The position numbers and the translations under genes were made by a program. Of a stretch of DNA of 64,000 nt, positions 58,200 to 64,000 are shown one piece after another. The first letter of the stretch is position 1; each line of letters opens with the position of its first letter. Source of the stretch: Alphaproteobacteria bacterium (GTDB lineage: Bacteria > Pseudomonadota > Alphaproteobacteria > SP197); assembly GCA_965228895.1 (NCBI GenBank), contig OZ245842.1:3264001-3328000 (forward strand). Direction: 5' to 3'. The notes beneath the pieces are model-generated. The model did not search any database and had not been told where the DNA came from. It saw only the letters and a program-made list of their open reading frames with translations.

Positions 58200-58610
58200 T
58201 CAGGGCGCTTGCTCCAGACGCCGAAACTCACCTGCGGAGATGACGTCGTCGCTCTGTAGCTCCTCCGTCCAAACGTAAGACAACGCGTCACCGTCAACGA
58301 TCATCTGGATATGACCGTCGATGCAGCGAAACCGCCCGCGCGTAATCGTCTCGTAGTACGCGTAGATCCCGCCCTCGGCAGAAATCAGCGTGAGCCGGCC
58401 GTCACAATCGTACACCGGATAGAAACTCGATCCCTCCTCGGCCTTCTCGAAGACCAGCGTGGCGTCGTAGGTGCCAAACCCCTTTTCGTCCACAATGCCC
58501 TGCCAGGTGCCGACGATTGGCTCGGTTGCGGAGGCGGTCGTCGGCAAAGAGAGCGGGCTGGTGATAGCGGCTATGAGGCACGCGGCGAAACCAATCAATG
58601 TCGGGCGCAT
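58200..58610 (-). CDS. Exported hypothetical protein
   Basis: Signal peptide ending ASA; VGTWQG, two Cys in mature part; ATG overlaps upstream TGA. Confidence 0.65.
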   Translation of the reverse strand: MRPTLIGFAACLIAAITSPLSLPTTASATEPIVGTWQGIVDEKGFGTYDATLVFEKAEEGSSFYPVYDCDGRLTLISAEGGIYAYYETITRGRFRCIDGHIQMIVDGDALSYVWTEELQSDDVISAGEFRRLEQAP

Positions 58611-59401
58611 CAAGGCGCCTGCAGGTGCAACGCCAGGAACGCCTCCAGGCGCCGATAGGCGTCCGCCGCCGCTTCCGGATCGTAGGACAGTTTGTGTCCG
58701 AGATAGACAAGATCCTCGCCTTCCCAATCGAACGCATGGGTCGCGCCGGGGTAAACGACGAGCTCGAAGCTCTGCGTTGCATCGGGAAGTTCCATCGTCT
58801 CGCAGTTCCAGGCCCTCGTCCAGTCGTCGGCCTCGCCGATCAGCACCAGGAGCGGCGCGTCCAGACCGCGGGTCAAATCACACCAGGGATAGAACGCGAC
58901 GGCCGCGTTGAAGGGTGTCGTCGTGCGCGGCTCGTACTTCGATATGTTGCTGATGGCCTTCATGACCGTGATGCCACCGTGAGACCAGCCGACAACGGCG
59001 ATCCTGTCGCCGTCGACATAGGGCAGGCTCGCCAGAAACTCTCTGCCCGCATGGGCGTCGCGCGCCCGGGTGGCAGGGCTGGCACGGCTCATGTCCGGTG
59101 ATAGCGTGCACAAGTTGTCGATGCCGCGCGGCCCGAAGCTGTCGATGCGCAGCGTCACATAACCCCATGACGAAATCCGGGTGTAGTTGTCCCACGTTCC
59201 CTGCAAGTCCGTTCCATTGCAGCCATGCAGCAGCACGACCGCCGGAAACGGCCCCTCACCGTCGGGTACGGTGAGTTTCGCCTGCAGCATCGTCGTCTCG
59301 CCGGAGAACTCCTCCATCGGAAACGTGACGATCTCGCTTTCGGCGCGGGCGGATAGGGGCAACAGAGCCAACAAGAGAATAACGACCGAAGCGCGCATCA
59401 T
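58610..59401 (-). CDS. Exported dienelactone hydrolase family protein
   Basis: GPFPAVVLLHGC, GWSHGG, DDW, YPGATHAFD. Confidence 0.9.
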   Translation of the reverse strand: MMRASVVILLLALLPLSARAESEIVTFPMEEFSGETTMLQAKLTVPDGEGPFPAVVLLHGCNGTDLQGTWDNYTRISSWGYVTLRIDSFGPRGIDNLCTLSPDMSRASPATRARDAHAGREFLASLPYVDGDRIAVVGWSHGGITVMKAISNISKYEPRTTTPFNAAVAFYPWCDLTRGLDAPLLVLIGEADDWTRAWNCETMELPDATQSFELVVYPGATHAFDWEGEDLVYLGHKLSYDPEAAADAYRRLEAFLALHLQAP

Positions 59402-60192
59402 GGCCTCCCCAAATGAAGGTCAAGGAGCTCACGCATACGTCGATAGGCGTCCTGTGTTGCTTCTGGGTCGAATGTAAACTTGTGACCGAGATACTCTGGC
59501 TCAATATCGTCCCAGTCGAATGTGTGGGTCGCTCCGGGATACACGACAAGCTCATAGTCGTGGGTTGTCTCACCTTCGAGTGTCAACGACTGACAATGGG
59601 AAGCCCTCGTCCAGCTATCGGCATCGCCAATCAGCACCAAGAGCGGCGCATCCAACCGCCGAAGCACAAGGTCACCGCAATAGGGATAGAACGCTACAGC
59701 GGCCTTGAAAGGATCCGATCTAAGAGGCTCGTGCATGGCGTCATTGCTGACGGCTTTCAGGACGGTCCAGCCGCCATGGGACCACCCAACGAGACCTATC
59801 CGGTTACCGTCGACGTAAGGCAAACTCGCTAGGAAGTCCTTGCCGGCATGCGCATCAAGGGCGCGAACGGCAGGGCTGCCGACATATCTGTTCTCAAGAT
59901 CGCAGACTTGAGCAATACCTCGCGGCCCAAAGCTATCAATTCGCAGGGTCACATAGCCCCACGACGAAAGCAGCGAATAGTTAGGCCAGGTCCGTTCTAA
60001 GTCTGTCCCGCCACAGCCATGCAGCAGCACGACGGCCGGGAACGGTCCTTCGCCATCAGGCTTGTTGAGTTTCGCGCGCAGCACCGTCGTCTCGCCCGAG
60101 AACTCGGTCACCGGGAACGTGACGATCTCACTTTCGGCTTGCGCCGGCATCGCCAGCAACAGCAAGACAACACTGATCGCGATACACTTCAT
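59398..60192 (-). CDS. Exported dienelactone hydrolase family protein (tandem paralog)
   Basis: Same motifs; stop overlaps the paralog's ATG. Confidence 0.9.
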   Translation of the reverse strand: MKCIAISVVLLLLAMPAQAESEIVTFPVTEFSGETTVLRAKLNKPDGEGPFPAVVLLHGCGGTDLERTWPNYSLLSSWGYVTLRIDSFGPRGIAQVCDLENRYVGSPAVRALDAHAGKDFLASLPYVDGNRIGLVGWSHGGWTVLKAVSNDAMHEPLRSDPFKAAVAFYPYCGDLVLRRLDAPLLVLIGDADSWTRASHCQSLTLEGETTHDYELVVYPGATHTFDWDDIEPEYLGHKFTFDPEATQDAYRRMRELLDLHLGRP

Positions 60193-60213
60193 GCCGTCCC
60201 CCTCTCTCGTCGC

Positions 60214-63200
60214 CTACTCGCAGAACGACCGCAGATTGTCGGCGAGCGCGGCCATGTTCTCGCCATCCCACATGCCATAGGAACCGTCATCGGCGTCGGC
60301 CAATCGGATGCCGGTCATACCGTTCGGCATCAAGGTCACGAGATTGCCGCCGAACCCCATCATCTCGGGAATCATCACGTCACACCGCTGCTGGCCGCGA
60401 TAGGGCATGTACCAGAATGAAAAGTCGTATCGGTAGGTGCCGTGGGCGGTCTGCCACGGGACCGTCAGGTCGCCGCCGGAGCCGTCCAGCAACAGGTCGA
60501 TCTCGTCGCCATAAAGAAGCTGGCGGCCGTCATGGGCGCCGCGATCAAGGAAAAGCTGGGCGATCTTGGCGAGATCGTCGAGGGTCGGGAAGAACCCCCA
60601 GCCCATGATCGGCACGCCGCGCGAACCGTCGGCTTCGCGCGTGTGCATCAAGGGCGCCGCCGTGATGCCGATCGGCCGCAATACCTCGTCGCTCACCATC
60701 TCCCACAAATGGGCGTCCGGCCCCTCCTTCGCCTTCACATAGGCATCCATGGCAACGGCGAGCGTGAAGGTGTGCAGGCTGTTGTAGCGGACGACCTCGC
60801 CGGGCCCCCATTCGTAGTTGCCGTCCTCGAAGACGACATCCAGTTTGGTCTCGACACCGAGCGCGTTGCCGAAACGCCCGATGAAGCGATCCTCGTCGGC
60901 TTCGATGTCGAAGGTCACTGAAATGCGGTCAGGCGCCATTTCGCCGATCCCGGTCGCCATGTCGATGGCGTCGCGGAACGTCACGTCGTTCCAGCCGTCA
61001 TGGTCCGCCGTGACGTCGACATAGTCGGCGATCTTCGCGTCGAACACCTCTGGCCCGTAACGTTCGGCCAGCCAAAGGAGACTCAACGCCGCACCCGCCG
61101 ACTTGGTGACCGAAAAGACGCCATGACGCATTTCGTCGCAATAGGGATAGTCGCCGAACCGCGTATAGCAGGGCGTGCGGTAGAGCACGCCGTCGTCCAG
61201 CAGGCCGGTGACCGTGACGTGCTTCAGGCCGCGCTCCATGCCATCGATCAGCCGGCTATCCGCGTTAAGTGAGTCGAGAGATGCGGTCGCAATCCGTTGC
61301 GCCAGTTCCTCGTCAAACGCCGCAACCAGTTCGGACTTACCTTCGACCGGCCCTGGCCGATAGATCAAACGTAGCTGCGACCACGCATCGATACGCGACC
61401 AGGATGCCGCCTCCTGAACGATCTGGAGCGTCAGGTCTGACACCTCTGTGTCGTTATAGAGAAAGGTGGCAAGACCATTGTGACTGTCGTTCCATGTTCT
61501 GCCCGCCAGCACGAACGGGAACGAAGCACGCGACCACCCGTCATCACCCGGTTCCGACCAGACCCGGCCCGGGGACAGAATGATGTCCGAACGGCCGGAA
61601 AGAGATTGGATAATGCCGCGTTCAACGGGCACCAGGTATCCGTCTGTCGTGAAGAATGACGCCTTGAAACCTGGAAAGCTTCGTTCTCCAACGAAGAAGG
61701 GTGCCCCGATGAACCCAAGCACGCCCTCAAACTCATGGTGCGCGGGTTCTGCGTTACCGATCGGCATGAAATAGTCGTTGTGGATCGGCCCGTCCCGGTT
61801 CGGCCCACTCGTCATCAACTCGTCGAACGTCAGGCGATCGCGCACGTCGCCGGGCGATTGAACATCGCTAGACGTGTTGGACGTCGCGTCCGAATGGTCT
61901 TCTGGCCCTATCTGCGTCCCCTGCAGTTCGAGCACCGTCTTGATCATAGGGTAGGGGTTTGCCGCGTTCGTCTGCAGGTAGTCGTACGCCGGCCATGTCT
62001 TGGAGATCCGAATGGCGGTGGTGTCGTCGGGCAACAGCACGACGAGATTGCCGACCCAGCCGTTCATGTACGGCACATAGAGGCTCTCGTCCGGCGTCGG
62101 GTTGGGAACGACCGTCGCGTGAAGACCCATTTTGTAGAAGCGAACGGCGTTGATACGCTGCTGGTCAAACGCGCCGTCCTGCGAAAACAACGAGGCGGTG
62201 AGGTCGCGCGGAAGCAGTTGTTCGCCGTCGTGACGGCCATGGTGGTGATAGAGGTCGGCGATCTTCGCGAGGTCGTCCAGGCTGGGATAGTAACCCCACA
62301 CCATGAGAGGCTGGCCAAGGCTGCCGTCAGGCTCGACCGTGCGGTTCTTCGGCGCGTGATGAATGCCGATGGGTTTCAGGACTTCCTCAGCAATCATCGT
62401 CCAGATATCCGCGTCCGGCCCCTCCTGAGATTTGAGATAGGCATTCATGGCGACACCCAGCAGGAACATGTCGCGGTCGCGATAGCGTGCGACTTCGCCC
62501 GGGCCCCACGGATAGTTGCCTGTCTCCTCCACCTTCACGATCTTGGACGCGGCATCCGGCTGCATGTACCAGACGTCGTAATTGTCCTCGCCATACCCAG
62601 TGCTCATCGAGGCGTCGCGGTCGGTATCGCCGCCGCCGATGCCGGTCGCCATGTTGAGCGCATCGCCGAAGGTAACGTTATCCCACCCGTCGTGATCGGG
62701 ATTGATCGTCACGTAGTCAACGATCTTCAGATCGAAGACTTCCGGCCCGAACTTTTGCGCCAGGCGCAGCATGCCGAGCGTCGGGCCGACCGACTTTGTC
62801 ACGGACCAGACACCGAAACGCATGTCGCGTGAATAGGGATAGTCACCCCACGGCGTCGACGACGGTTTGTGGTAGAGCACGCCGTCGATGACCAGACCGC
62901 TAATGACGCGATAATCCGGATCGGTTACCCCTTCGAAGTTCTCGAGCGCCTCCTTGCCGACCTTATCTTCCAACACCGACCAGTCGGCGACGGGGAAGCG
63001 ATCGGCCATCTCGCGCCGATAGGCTTCGATCACCGCCGCGCCGGCATCGTCACCGGCTGGCTGATAGTCCGCGGCCAGTTGGCCCCAGGCATGGAAGTGA
63101 TCGCTGATGAAGTATGGCGCGGTCTGCTGGACGATCTGAAACCGCACGTCCGAGACGCCGCCGTCGTCATAGACAAACGTCGCGATGCCGTTATGGGTGT

Positions 63201-63711
63201 CGTTCTCGAGCTCGTTCATCAGCGCAAACGGGAACGACGCGCGGGACCAGCCGTCGTCGCCGGGTTCCGACCACACGCGGCCAGGCTGAACGATGATCTG
63301 CCAGAAACTCGTCCCCATCTCACCCGGCGTTTCGCGAATGATGTCCTGGCTTGCCGGGATCAGCACGCCGTCATCGGAGAAGAATGTCAGCGTCACGCCG
63401 GGGAAGAGAACGGGGTCGCCGCCCAAAACCTCACGCCGCACAAACACTGGGTTCGTTCCCATCTCGGCTTGCGTGAAGATGATGTGCCCGGAAAAGGCAT
63501 GGTGCGCCGGACCTGCGTCGCCGACAGGCATGAACCAGCCATTGTGGATTGGGCCGTCCTGCTGCGGCTGTTTTGCGATCAGCTCGTCGACGGTCAAATG
63601 GTCGCGAACATCGCCGGGAGGGTCGACCTCGGCGCGTGCCCCGCCGGCGATCAGCATCAAGCCGACAAGAGCGATGCCGAACCACACCTTGCGCCACGAC
63701 AACATCATCAT
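60214..63711 (-). CDS. Exported double serine hydrolase (two tandem accessory + beta-lactamase units)
   Basis: PGDVRD.LT and PGRVWSEPGDDGWSRASFPF each twice; WSVTKS and FSVTKS. Confidence 0.8.
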   Translation of the reverse strand: MMMLSWRKVWFGIALVGLMLIAGGARAEVDPPGDVRDHLTVDELIAKQPQQDGPIHNGWFMPVGDAGPAHHAFSGHIIFTQAEMGTNPVFVRREVLGGDPVLFPGVTLTFFSDDGVLIPASQDIIRETPGEMGTSFWQIIVQPGRVWSEPGDDGWSRASFPFALMNELENDTHNGIATFVYDDGGVSDVRFQIVQQTAPYFISDHFHAWGQLAADYQPAGDDAGAAVIEAYRREMADRFPVADWSVLEDKVGKEALENFEGVTDPDYRVISGLVIDGVLYHKPSSTPWGDYPYSRDMRFGVWSVTKSVGPTLGMLRLAQKFGPEVFDLKIVDYVTINPDHDGWDNVTFGDALNMATGIGGGDTDRDASMSTGYGEDNYDVWYMQPDAASKIVKVEETGNYPWGPGEVARYRDRDMFLLGVAMNAYLKSQEGPDADIWTMIAEEVLKPIGIHHAPKNRTVEPDGSLGQPLMVWGYYPSLDDLAKIADLYHHHGRHDGEQLLPRDLTASLFSQDGAFDQQRINAVRFYKMGLHATVVPNPTPDESLYVPYMNGWVGNLVVLLPDDTTAIRISKTWPAYDYLQTNAANPYPMIKTVLELQGTQIGPEDHSDATSNTSSDVQSPGDVRDRLTFDELMTSGPNRDGPIHNDYFMPIGNAEPAHHEFEGVLGFIGAPFFVGERSFPGFKASFFTTDGYLVPVERGIIQSLSGRSDIILSPGRVWSEPGDDGWSRASFPFVLAGRTWNDSHNGLATFLYNDTEVSDLTLQIVQEAASWSRIDAWSQLRLIYRPGPVEGKSELVAAFDEELAQRIATASLDSLNADSRLIDGMERGLKHVTVTGLLDDGVLYRTPCYTRFGDYPYCDEMRHGVFSVTKSAGAALSLLWLAERYGPEVFDAKIADYVDVTADHDGWNDVTFRDAIDMATGIGEMAPDRISVTFDIEADEDRFIGRFGNALGVETKLDVVFEDGNYEWGPGEVVRYNSLHTFTLAVAMDAYVKAKEGPDAHLWEMVSDEVLRPIGITAAPLMHTREADGSRGVPIMGWGFFPTLDDLAKIAQLFLDRGAHDGRQLLYGDEIDLLLDGSGGDLTVPWQTAHGTYRYDFSFWYMPYRGQQRCDVMIPEMMGFGGNLVTLMPNGMTGIRLADADDGSYGMWDGENMAALADNLRSFCE

Positions 63712-64000
63712 TGCGCGCTCCCCTCGTCCGGACACAGCGAACGGATCTCGTGCACCGCCTCGGCGAGCCGGCTGTGTACGCCCATGCCATCGTCGCTGAA
63801 GCGGAACAGGGTGACGTCGTTGGGCAGCAGGAAGACATAGTTGCCGCCGTAGCCGCGCATGCTCGCCACATCGACAAAACACACGGGCACCCACAAACGG
63901 TAGTGCCACATCGAGAGGTTATAGGACTGGGTACCGCCGACGCCGATGGGAATGCCGGAGGTATCGTCGCGGTAGAGTGCGGCGTCGATGCCCTGGCGGC
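63708..64000 (-). CDS. C-terminus of another serine hydrolase paralog (truncated by window edge)
   Basis: YNLSMWH..MRGYGGNYVFLLPNDVT..IRSLCP, as in the paralog C-termini. Confidence 0.75.
   Translation of the reverse strand, partial: RQGIDAALYRDDTSGIPIGVGGTQSYNLSMWHYRLWVPVCFVDVASMRGYGGNYVFLLPNDVTLFRFSDDGMGVHSRLAEAVHEIRSLCPDEGSAQ

Noticed and set aside
1-64000. CRISPR array, tRNA, rRNA, IS elements
   Set aside because: No regularly spaced repeats, cloverleaf or rRNA signatures, or transposase motifs seen by eye; short elements could have been missed.

Overview
GC-rich window that looks alphaproteobacterial (inferred from gene content, codon usage and CtrA-like boxes), with about 60 CDS. I saw no rRNA, tRNA, CRISPR array, integrase or transposase. 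Main content: quaternary-amine/betaine-type enzymes (two BBOX-like TauD dioxygenases, GcvT-family dehydrogenase, choline-kinase-like protein, CntA-like Rieske oxygenase with a BetI-like regulator), four class III nucleotide cyclases, four MFS exporters, a split alternate chaperone-usher pilus locus, and an expanded family of secreted serine hydrolases. The most striking element is an orphan contractile-injection-system-derived module (18459-20637): a gp19-type tail tube gene preceded by a fusion of a degenerate eCIS-type AAA domain to a second tube domain, with no sheath, baseplate or spike in the window and a perfect CtrA box upstream. Next to it is a compositionally distinct cassette (trypsin-like protease, patatin) bounded by an imperfect direct repeat. 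Also found by reading the DNA: a c-di-GMP-I riboswitch with a leader ORF before an orphan ParA, a promoter/leader-peptide attenuator before a Bcr/CflA pump, and several unannotated small genes or pseudogenes. All family assignments come from motif recognition, not database searches.
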